Assembly (NCBI GenBank): GCA_964057225.1
Contig: OZ059895.1
Location: forward strand, 1,674,001 to 1,738,000
From: Auanema rhodensis
Lineage: Eukaryota > Animalia > Nematoda
Length of the DNA stretch: 64,000 bases
Direction: 5' to 3'
Below the pieces are notes generated by a model. It did no database searches. It was not told where the DNA came from and was given only the letters and a program-made list of their open reading frames with translations. Within the stretch, counting starts at the first letter, position 1. Every line of letters begins with the position of its first letter. Below are positions 1 through 10,114 of the stretch, piece by piece. The position numbers and the translations under genes were made by a program.

Positions 1-1
1 A

Positions 2-29
2 ATGTTGAGTGTACATGGAAACTCAACAT
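2..29. repeat. Dyad symmetry 1 of the monomer (repeated in each monomer): 9-bp stem, 10-nt loop
   Basis: atgttgagt (2-10) and actcaacat (21-29) are exact reverse complements. Confidence 0.9.
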
Positions 30-112
30 ACACTAATGCATCATTTTTCAAACGATCATAACTTATTTTTGTATCAAGCGTTTCTCAATGTAGTATAGTG
101 CATTCGATGCGG

Positions 113-163
113 ATTTTTAAGCTGCGTCGATCTGTCTTATCAGATTTGCGCTAGCTTAAAAAT
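113..163. repeat. Dyad symmetry 2 of the monomer: 51-nt imperfect hairpin
   Basis: atttttaagct (113-123) / agcttaaaaat (153-163); gcg/cgc; atctg (130-134) / cagat (141-145); 6-nt loop. Confidence 0.9.
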
Positions 164-180
164 GCACCGAGATATCAACT

Positions 181-202
181 GATATAAGTTAACACTTATA
201 TC
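181..202. repeat. Dyad symmetry 3 of the monomer: 9-bp stem, 4-nt loop
   Basis: gatataagt (181-189) and acttatatc (194-202) are exact reverse complements. Confidence 0.9.
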
Positions 203-304
203 CTCGATTTTCACCCTGAAGAATTAATTTTTTCGTTGAATAACATTGTCCATCGTCTTTGCCTTGAAAAATGGAATCTAAAAACATCTACTTTTTGCTA
301 AATT

Positions 305-339
305 ATTTTGAAATTTTTCGAAAAAATTTTTGTCAAAAT
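305..339. repeat. Dyad symmetry 4 of the monomer: A/T-tract palindrome
   Basis: Perfect 12-bp palindrome tttttcgaaaaa (314-325), flanked by attttga (305-311) / tcaaaat (333-339). Confidence 0.85.
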
Positions 340-1092
340 GTTTTTGGAAGCAATGTTGAGTGTACATGGAAACTCAACATACACTAATGCATCATTTTTC
401 AAACGATCATAACTAATTTTTGTATCAAGCGTTTCTCAATGTAGTATAGTGCATTCGATGCGGATTTTTAAGCTGCGTCGATCTGTCTTATCAGATTTGC
501 GCTAGCTTAAAAATGCACCGAGATATCAACTGATATAAGTTCACACTCATATCCTCGATTTTCACACTGAAGAAATAATTTTTTCGTTGAATAACATTGT
601 CCATCGTCTTTGCCTTGAAAAAAGGAATCTAAAAACATCTACTTTTTGCTAAATTATTTTGAAATTTTTCGAAAAAATTTTTGTCAAAATGTTTTTGGAA
701 GCAATGTTGAGTGTACATGGAAACTCAACATACACTAATGCATCATTTTTCAAACGATCATAACTAATTTTTGTATCAAGCGTTTCTCAATGTAGTATAG
801 TGCATTCGATGCGGATTTTTAAGCTGCGTCGATCTGTCTTATCAGATTTGCGCTAGCTTAAAAATGCACCGAGATATCAACTGATATAAGTTCACACTCA
901 TATCCTCGATTTTCACACTGAAGAAATAATTTTTTCGTTGAATAACATTGTCTATCGTCTTTGCCTTGAAAAATGGAATCTAAAAACATCTACTTTTTGC
1001 TAAATTATTTTGAAATTTTTCGAAAAAATTTTTGTCAAAATGTTTTTGGAAGCAATGTTGAGTGTACATGGAAACTCAACATACACTAATGC

Positions 1093-1458
1093 GACAATGT
1101 TATTCAACGAAAAAATTATTTCTTCAGGGTGAAAATCGAGGATATAAGTGTGAACTTATATCAGTTGATATCTCGGTGCATTTTTAAGCTAGCGCAAATC
1201 TGATAACACAGATCGACGCAGCTTAAAAATCCGCATCGAATGCACTATACTACATTGAGAAACGCTTAATACAAAAATTAGTTATGATCGTTTGAAAAAT
1301 GATGCATTAGTGTATGTTGAGTTTCCATGTACACTCAACATTGCTTCCAAAAACATTTTGACAAAAATTTTTTCGAAAAATTTCAGAATAATTTAGCAAA
1401 AAGTAGATGTTTTTAGATTCCTTTTTTCAAGGCAAAGACGATGGACAATGTTATTCAA
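1093..1458 (-). repeat. Inverted satellite segment: one monomer length plus 15 bp (monomer position 250 back through the junction to position 236)
   Basis: gacaatgttattcaacgaaaaaattatttcttcagggtgaaaatcgag... is the reverse complement of the monomer. gacaatgttattcaa occurs at both 1093 and 1444 (351 apart). Forward register resumes at monomer position 119/120 (agctgcgtcgat at 1459). Confidence 0.97.
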
Positions 1459-4400
1459 AGCTGCGTCGATCTGTGTTATCAGATATGCGCTAGCTTAAAA
1501 ATGCACCGAGATATCAACTGATATAAGTTCACACTTATATCCTCGATTTTCACCCTGAAGAATTAATTTTTTCGTTGAATAACATTGTCCATCGTCTTTG
1601 CTTTGAAAAAAGGAATCTAAAAACATCTACTTTTTGCTAAATTATTTTGAAATGTTTCGAAAAAATTTTTGTCAAAATGTTTTTGGAAGTAATGTTGAGT
1701 GTACATGGAAACTCAACATACACTAATGAATCATTTTTCAAACGATCATAACTAATTTTTGTATTAAGCGTTTCTCAATGTAGTATAGTGCATTCGATGC
1801 GGATTTTTAAGCTGCGTCGATCTGTGTTATCAGATTTGCGCTAGCTTAAAAATGCACCGAGATATCAACTGATATAAGTTCACACTTATATCCTCGATTT
1901 TCACCCTGAAGAATCATTTTTTTCGTTGAATAACATTGTCCATTGTCTTTGCCTTGAAAAATGAAATCTAAAAACATCTACTTTTTGCTAAATTATTTTG
2001 AAATTTTTCGAAAAAATTTTTGTCAAAATGTTTTTGGAAGCAATGTTGAGTGTACATGGAAACTCAACATACACTAATGAATCATTTTTCAAACGATCAT
2101 AACTAATTTTTGTATTAAGCGTTTCTCAATGTAGTATAGTGCATTCGATCCGGATTTTTAAGCTGCGTCGATCTGTGTTATCAGATTTGCGCTAACTTAA
2201 AAATGCACCGAGATATCAACTGATATAAGTTCACACTTATATCCTCGATTTTCACCCTGAAGAATTGATTTTTTCGTTGAATAACATTGTCCATCGTCTT
2301 TGCTTTGAAAAATGGAATCTAAAAACATCTACTTTTTGCTAAATTATTTTGAAATTTTTCGAAAAAATTTTTGTCAAAATGTTTTTGGAAGCAATGTTGA
2401 GTGTACATGGAAACTCAACATACACTAATGCATCATTTTTCAAACGATCATAACTAATTTTTGTATTAAGCGTTTCTCAATGTAGTATAGTGCACTCGAT
2501 GCGGATTTTTAAGCTGCGTCGATCTGTGTTATCAGATATGCGCTAGCTTAAAAATGCACCGAGATATCAACTGATATAAGTTCACACTTATATCCTCGAT
2601 TTTCACCCTGAAGAAATAATTTTTTCGTTGAATAACATTGTCCATCGTCTTTGCCTTGAAAAAAGGAATCTAAAAACATCTACTTTTTGCTAAATTATTT
2701 TGAAATTTTTCGAAAAAATTTTTATCAAAATGTTTTTGGAAGCAATGTTGAGTGTACATGGAAACTCAACATACACTAATGCATCATTTTTCAAACGATC
2801 ATAACTAATTTTTGTATTAAGCGTTTCTCAATGTAGTATAGTGCATTCGATGCGGATTTTTAAGCTGCGTCGATCTGTGTTATCAGATTTGCGCTAGCTT
2901 AAAAATGCACCGAGATATCAACTGATATAAGTTCACACTTATATCCTCGATTTTCACCCTGAAGAAATAATTTTTTCGTTGAATAACATTGTCCATCGTC
3001 TTTGCCTTGAAAAAAGGAATCTGAAAACATCTACTTTTTGCTAAATTATTTTGAAATTTTTCGAAAAAATTTTTGTCAAAATGTTTTTGGAAGCAATGTT
3101 GAGTGTACATGGAAACTCAACATACACTAATGCATCATTTTTCAAACGATCATAACTAATTTTTGTATTAAGCGTTTCTCAATGTAGTATAGTGCATTCG
3201 ATGCGGATTTTTAAGCTGCGTCGATCTGTGTTATCAGATTTGCGCTAGCTTAAAAATGCACCGAGATATCAACTGATATAAGTTAACACTTATATCCTCG
3301 ATTTTCACCCTGAAGAAATAATTTTTTCGTTGAATAACATTGTCCATCGTCTTTGCCTTGAAAAAAGGAATCTAAAAACATCTACTTTTTGCTAAATTAT
3401 TTTGAAATTTTTCGAAAAAATTTTTGTCAAAATGTTTTTGGAAGCAATGTTGAGTGTACATGGAAACTCAACATACACTAATGCATCATTTTTCAAACGA
3501 TCATAACTAATTTTTGTATTAAGCGTTTTTCAATGTATAATAGTGCATTCGATGCGGATTTTTAAGCTGCGTCGATCTGTGTTATCAGATTTGCGCTAGC
3601 TTAAAAATGCACCGAGATATCAACTGATATAAGTTCACACATATATCCTCGATTTTCACCCTGAAGAAATAATTTTTTCGTTGAATAACATTGTCCATCG
3701 TCTTTGCCTTGAAAAAAGGAATCTAAAAACATCTACTTTTTGCTAAAATATTTTGAAATTTTTCGAAAAAATTTTTGTCAAAATGTTTTTGGAAGCAATG
3801 TTGAGTGTACATGGAAACTCAACATACACTAATGCATCATTTTTCAAACGATCATAACTAATTTTTGTATTAAGCGTTTCTCAATGTAGTATAGTGCACT
3901 CGATGCGGATTTTTAAGCTGCGTCGATCTGTGTTATCAGATTTGCGCTAACTTAAAAATGCACCGAGATATCAACTGATATAAGTTCACACTTATATCCT
4001 CGATTTTCACCCTGAAGAATTGATTTTTTCGTTGAATAACATTGTCCATCGTCTTTGCTTTGAAAAATGGAATCTAAAAACATCTACTTTTTGCTAAATT
4101 ATTTTGAAATTTTTCGAAAAAATTTTTGTCAAAATGTTTTTGGAAGCAATGTTGAGTGTACATGGAAACTCAACATACACTAATGCATCATTTTTCAAAC
4201 GATCATAACTAATTTTTGTATTAAGCGTTTCTCAATGTAGTATAGTGCACTCGATGCGGATTTTTAAGCTGCGTCGATCTGTGTTATCAGATATGCGCTA
4301 GCTTAAAAATGCACCGAGATATCAACTGATATAAGTTCACACTTATATCCTCGATTTTCACCCTGAAGAAATAATTTTTTCGTTGAATAACATTGTCCAT

Positions 4401-7400
4401 CGTCTTTGCCTTGAAAAAAGGAATCTAAAAACATCTACTTTTTGCTAAATTATTTTGAAATTTTTCGAAAAAATTTTTATCAAAATGTTTTTGGAAGCAA
4501 TGTTGAGTGTACATGGAAACTCAACATACACTAATGCATCATTTTTCAAACGATCATAACTAATTTTTGTATTAAGCGTTTCTCAATGTAGTATAGTGCA
4601 TTCGATGCGGATTTTTAAGCTGCGTCGATCTGTGTTATCAGATTTGCGCTAGCTTAAAAATGCACCGAGATATCAACTGATATAAGTTCACACTTATATC
4701 CTCGATTTTCACCCTGAAGAATCATTTTTTTCGTTGAATAACATTGTCCATTGTCTTTGCCTTGAAAAATGAAATCTAAAAACATCTACTTTTTGCTAAA
4801 TTATTTTGAAATTTTTCGAAAAAATTTTTGTCAAAATGTTTTTGGAAGCAATGTTGAGTGTACATGGAAACTCAACATACACTAATGAATCATTTTTCAA
4901 ACGATCATAACTAATTTTTGTATTAAGCGTTTCTCAATGTAGTATAGTGCATTCGATCCGGATTTTTAAGCTGCGTCGATCTGTGTTATCAGATTTGCGC
5001 TAACTTAAAAATGCACCGAGATATCAACTGATATAAGTTCACACTTATATCCTCGATTTTCACCCTGAAGAATTGATTTTTTCGTTGAATAACATTGTCC
5101 ATCGTCTTTGCTTTGAAAAATGGAATCTAAAAACATCTACTTTTTGCTAAATTATTTTGAAATTTTTCGAAAAAATTTTTGTCAAAATGTTTTTGGAAGC
5201 AATGTTGAGTGTACATGGAAACTCAACATACACTAATGCATCATTTTTCAAACGATCATAACTAATTTTTGTATTAAGCGTTTCTCAATGTAGTATAGTG
5301 CACTCGATGCGGATTTTTAAGCTGCGTCGATCTGTGTTATCAGATATGCGCTAGCTTAAAAATGCACCGAGATATCAACTGATATAAGTTCACACTTATA
5401 TCCTCGATTTTCACCCTGAAGAAATAATTTTTTCGTTGAATAACATTGTCCATCGTCTTTGCCTTGAAAAAAGGAATCTAAAAACATCTACTTTTTGCTA
5501 AATTATTTTGAAATTTTTCGAAAAAATTTTTATCAAAATGTTTTTGGAAGCAATGTTGAGTGTACATGGAAACTCAACATACACTAATGCATCATTTTTC
5601 AAACGATCATAACTAATTTTTGTATTAAGCGTTTCTCAATGTAGTATAGTGCATTCGATGCGGATTTTTAAGCTGCGTCGATCTGTGTTATCAGATTTGC
5701 GCTAGCTTAAAAATGCACCGAGATATCAACTGATATAAGTTCACACTTATATCCTCGATTTTCACCCTGAAGAAATAATTTTTTCGTTGAATAACATTGT
5801 CCATCGTCTTTGCCTTGAAAAAAGGAATCTGAAAACATCTACTTTTTGCTAAATTATTTTGAAATTTTTCGAAAAAATTTTTGTCAAAATGTTTTTGGAA
5901 GCAATGTTGAGTGTACATGGAAACTCAACATACACTAATGCATCATTTTTCAAACGATCATAACTAATTTTTGTATTAAGCGTTTCTCAATGTAGTATAG
6001 TGCATTCGATGCGGATTTTTAAGCTGCGTCGATCTGTGTTATCAGATTTGCGCTAGCTTAAAAATGCACCGAGATATCAACTGATATAAGTTAACACTTA
6101 TATCCTCGATTTTCACCCTGAAGAAATAATTTTTTCGTTGAATAACATTGTCCATCGTCTTTGCCTTGAAAAAAGGAATCTAAAAACATCTACTTTTTGC
6201 TAAATTATTTTGAAATTTTTCGAAAAAATTTTTGTCAAAATGTTTTTGGAAGCAATGTTGAGTGTACATGGAAACTCAACATACACTAATGCATCATTTT
6301 TCAAACGATCATAACTAATTTTTGTATTAAGCGTTTTTCAATGTATAATAGTGCATTCGATGCGGATTTTTAAGCTGCGTCGATCTGTGTTATCAGATTT
6401 GCGCTAGCTTAAAAATGCACCGAGATATCAACTGATATAAGTTCACACATATATCCTCGATTTTCACCCTGAAGAAATAATTTTTTCGTTGAATAACATT
6501 GTCCATCGTCTTTGCCTTGAAAAAAGGAATCTAAAAACATCTACTTTTTGCTAAATTATTTTGAAATTTTTCGAAAAAATTTTTGTCAAAATGTTTTTGG
6601 AAGCAATGTTGAGTGTACATGGAAACTCAACATACACTAATGCATCATTTTTCAAACGATCATAACTAATTTTTGTATTAAGCGTTTCTCAATGTAGTAT
6701 AGTGCACTCGATGCGGATTTTTAAGCTGCGTCGATCTGTGTTATCAGATTTGCGCTAACTTAAAAATGCACCGAGATATCAACTGATATAAGTTCACACT
6801 TATATCCTCGATTTTCACCCTGAAGAATTGATTTTTTCGTTGAATAACATTGTCCATCGTCTTTGCTTTGAAAAATGGAATCTAAAAACATCTACTTTTT
6901 GCTAAATTATTTTGAAATTTTTCGAAAAAATTTTTGTCAAAATGTTTTTGGAAGCAATGTTGAGTGTACATGGAAACTCAACATACACTAATGCATCATT
7001 TTTCAAACGATCATAACTAATTTTTGTATTAAGCGTTTCTCAATGTAGTATAGTGCACTCGATGCGGATTTTTAAGCTGCGTCGATCTGTGTTATCAGAT
7101 ATGCGCTAGCTTAAAAATGCACCGAGATATCAACTGATATAAGTTCACACTTATATCCTCGATTTTCACCCTGAAGAAATAATTTTTTCGTTGAATAACA
7201 TTGTCCATCGTCTTTGCCTTGAAAAAAGGAATCTAAAAACATCTACTTTTTGCTAAATTATTTTGAAATTTTTCGAAAAAATTTTTATCAAAATGTTTTT
7301 GGAAGCAATGTTGAGTGTACATGGAAACTCAACATACACTAATGCATCATTTTTCAAACGATCATAACTAATTTTTGTATTAAGCGTTTCTCAATGTAGT

Positions 7401-10114
7401 ATAGTGCATTCGATGCGGATTTTTAAGATGCGTCGATCTGTGTTATCAGATTTGCGCTAGCTTAAAAATGCACCGAGATATCAACTGATATAAGTTCACA
7501 CTTATATCCTCGATTTTCACCCTGAAGAAATAATTTTTTCGTTGAATAACATTGTCCATCGTCTTTGCCTTGAAAAAAGGAATCTGAAAACATCTACTTT
7601 TTGCTAAATTATTTTGAAATTTTTCGAAAAAATTTTTGTCAAAATGTTTTTGGAAGCAATGTTGAGTGTACATGGAAACTCAACATACACTAATGCATCA
7701 TTTTTCAAACGATCATAACTAATTTTTGTATTAAGCGTTTCTCAATGTAGTATAGTGCATTCGATGCGGATTTTTAAGCTGCGTCGATCTGTGTTATCAG
7801 ATTTGCGCTAGCTTAAAAATGCACCGAGATATCAACTGATATAAGTTAACACTTATATCCTCGATTTTCACCCTGAAGAAATAATTTTTTCGTTGAATAA
7901 CATTGTCCATCGTCTTTGCCTTGAAAAAAGGAATCTAAAAACATCTACTTTTTGCTAAATTATTTTGAAATTTTTCGAAAAAATTTTTGTCAAAATGTTT
8001 TTGGAAGCAATGTTGAGTGTACATGGAAACTCAACATACACTAATGCATCATTTTTCAAACGATCATAACTAATTTTTGTATTAAGCGTTTTTCAATGTA
8101 TAATAGTGCATTCGATGCGGATTTTTAAGCTGCGTCGATCTGTGTTATCAGATTTGCGCTAGCTTAAAAATGCACCGAGATATCAACTGATATAAGTTCA
8201 CACATATATCCTCGATTTTCACCCTGAAGAAATAATTTTTTCGTTGAATAACATTGTCCATCGTCTTTGCCTTGAAAAAAGGAATCTAAAAACATCTACT
8301 TTTTGCTAAATTATTTTGAAATTTTTCGAAAAAATTTTTGTCAAAATGTTTTTGGAAGCAATGTTGAGTGTACATGGAAACTCAACATACACTAATGCAT
8401 CATTTTTCAAACGATCATATCTAATTTTTGTATTAAGCGTTTCTCAATGTAGTATAGTGCATTCGATGCGGATTTTTAAGCTGCGTCGATCTGTGTTATC
8501 AGATTTGCGCTAGCTTAAAAATGCACCGAGATATCAACTGATATAAGTTCACACTTATATCCTCGATTTTCACCCTGAAGAAATAATTTTTTCGTTGAAT
8601 AACATTGTCCATCGTCTTTGCCTTGAAAAAAGGAATCTAAAAACATCTACTTTTCGCTAAATTATTTTGAAATTTTTCGAAAAAATTTTTGTCAAAATGT
8701 TTTTGGAAGCAATGTTGAGTGTACATGGAAACTCAACATACACTAATGCATCATTTTTCAAACGATCATAACTAATTTTTGTATTAAGCGTTTCTCAATG
8801 TAGTATAGTGCATTCGATGCGGATTTTTAAGCTGCGTCGATCTGTGTTATCAGATTTGCGCTAGCTTAAAAATGCACCGAGATATCAACTGATATAAGTT
8901 CACACTTATATCCTCGATTTTCACCCTGAAGAAATAATTTTTTCGTTGAATAACATTGTCCATCGTCTTTGCCTTGAAAAAAGGAATCTGAAAACATCTA
9001 CTTTTTGCTAAATTATTTTGAAATTTTTCGAAAAAATTTTTGTCAAAATGTTTTTGGAAGCAATGTTGAGTGTACATGGAAACTCAACATACACTAATGC
9101 ATCATTTTTCAAACGATCATAACTAATTTTTGTATTAAGCGTTTCTCAATGTAGTATAGTGCATTCGATGCGGATTTTTAAGCTGCGTCGATCTGTGTTA
9201 TCAGATTTGCGCTAGCTTAAAAATGCACCGAGATATCAACTGATATAAGTTAACACTTATATCCTCGATTTTCACCCTGAAGAAATAATTTTTTCGTTGA
9301 ATAACATTGTCCATCGTCTTTGCCTTGAAAAAAGGAATCTAAAAACATCTACTTTTTGCTAAATTATTTTGAAATTTTTCGAAAAAATTTTTGTCAAAAT
9401 GTTTTTGGAAGCAATGTTGAGTGTACATGGAAACTCAACATACACTAATGCATCATTTTTCAAACGATCATAACTAATTTTTGTATTAAGCGTTTTTCAA
9501 TGTATAATAGTGCATTCGATGCGGATTTTTAAGCTGCGTCGATCTGTGTTATCAGATTTGCGCTAGCTTAAAAATGCACCGAGATATCAACTGATATAAG
9601 TTCACACATATATCCTCGATTTTCACCCTGAAGAAATAATTTTTTCGTTGAATAACATTGTCCATCGTCTTTGCCTTGAAAAAAGGAATCTAAAAACATC
9701 TACTTTTTGCTAAATTATTTTGAAATTTTTCGAAAAAATTTTTGTCAAAATGTTTTTGGAAGCAATGTTGAGTGTACATGGAAACTCAACATACACTAAT
9801 GCATCATTTTTCAAACGATCATATCTAATTTTTGTATTAAGCGTTTCTCAATGTAGTATAGTGCATTCGATGCGGATTTTTAAGCTGCGTCGATCTGTGT
9901 TATCAGATTTGCGCTAGCTTAAAAATGCACCGAGATATCAACTGATATAAGTTCACACTTATATCCTCGATTTTCACCCTGAAGAAATAATTTTTTCGTT
10001 GAATAACATTGTCCATCGTCTTTGCCTTGAAAAAAGGAATCTAAAAACATCTACTTTTCGCTAAATTATTTTGAAATTTTTCGAAAAAATTTTTGTCAAA
10101 ATGTTTTTGGAAGC
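1459..10114 (+). repeat. Satellite domain with 8-mer, 5-mer and 4-mer higher-order repeats (gaAataat / aaaAgga haplotype common)
   Basis: The ctGaaaacat marker recurs at intervals of 2808, 1755 and 1404 bp (8, 5 and 4 x 351; mirrored by ORF left ends 2883, 5691, 7446, 8850). The catatct marker recurs at 1404 bp. Confidence 0.9.

Larger units (their letters stand above)
1..1092 (+). repeat. Left satellite subfamily: 3 full monomers plus monomer positions 1-39
   Basis: All three full monomers carry tctgtCttat (seen only here) and gtatCaagc. Monomers 2 and 3 also carry cacactCata and ttcacActga. Confidence 0.9.

Noticed and set aside
2-202. Purifying selection on hairpin stems (several variants fall in loops, e.g. 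positions 11, 18, 20, 191)
   Set aside because: Stem-breaking variants are also present and amplified (atgttCagt, cacAtatatc, tataTtctc, gataTgcg, gctaActt, agctTtaaa), and no compensatory pairs were seen. Not supportable without statistics.
231-247. CENP-B-box-like motif tttcgttgaataacatt
   Set aside because: It matches only the TTCG....A half and lacks the essential CGGG.
216-275. Possible hammerhead ribozyme core (CTGAAGA ... GAAA), as in some satellite DNAs
   Set aside because: Stems I, II and III cannot be formed around the core by eye, and no CTGANGA was seen on the minus strand. An Infernal/Rfam search would settle it.
1-351. Assignment to a named ~350-360-bp satellite (e.g. Drosophila 1.688 or Tribolium TCAST)
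   Set aside because: Only length and AT richness are similar. I do not recognise sequence identity, and a database search is required.
1093-1458. 15-bp direct repeats at the insert ends read as LTRs or a target-site duplication of a mobile element
   Set aside because: They arise simply because the insert is one monomer plus 15 bp of the same satellite. No foreign sequence is present and the target is deleted, not duplicated.
2883-9077. Four identical 75-aa minus-strand ORFs (2883-3110, 5691-5918, 7446-7673, 8850-9077)
   Set aside because: They exist only in monomers with one SNP (ctaaaaa to ctgaaaa, TAG to CAG on the minus strand). The F/K/N-rich composition reflects A/T tracts, there is no recognisable domain, and the frame is closed in all other copies.
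8316-9917. Two identical 65-aa plus-strand ORFs (8316-8513, 9720-9917)
   Set aside because: They are opened by a single TAA to TAT SNP (cataact to catatct) in two duplicated monomers and start at a TTG; not credible genes.
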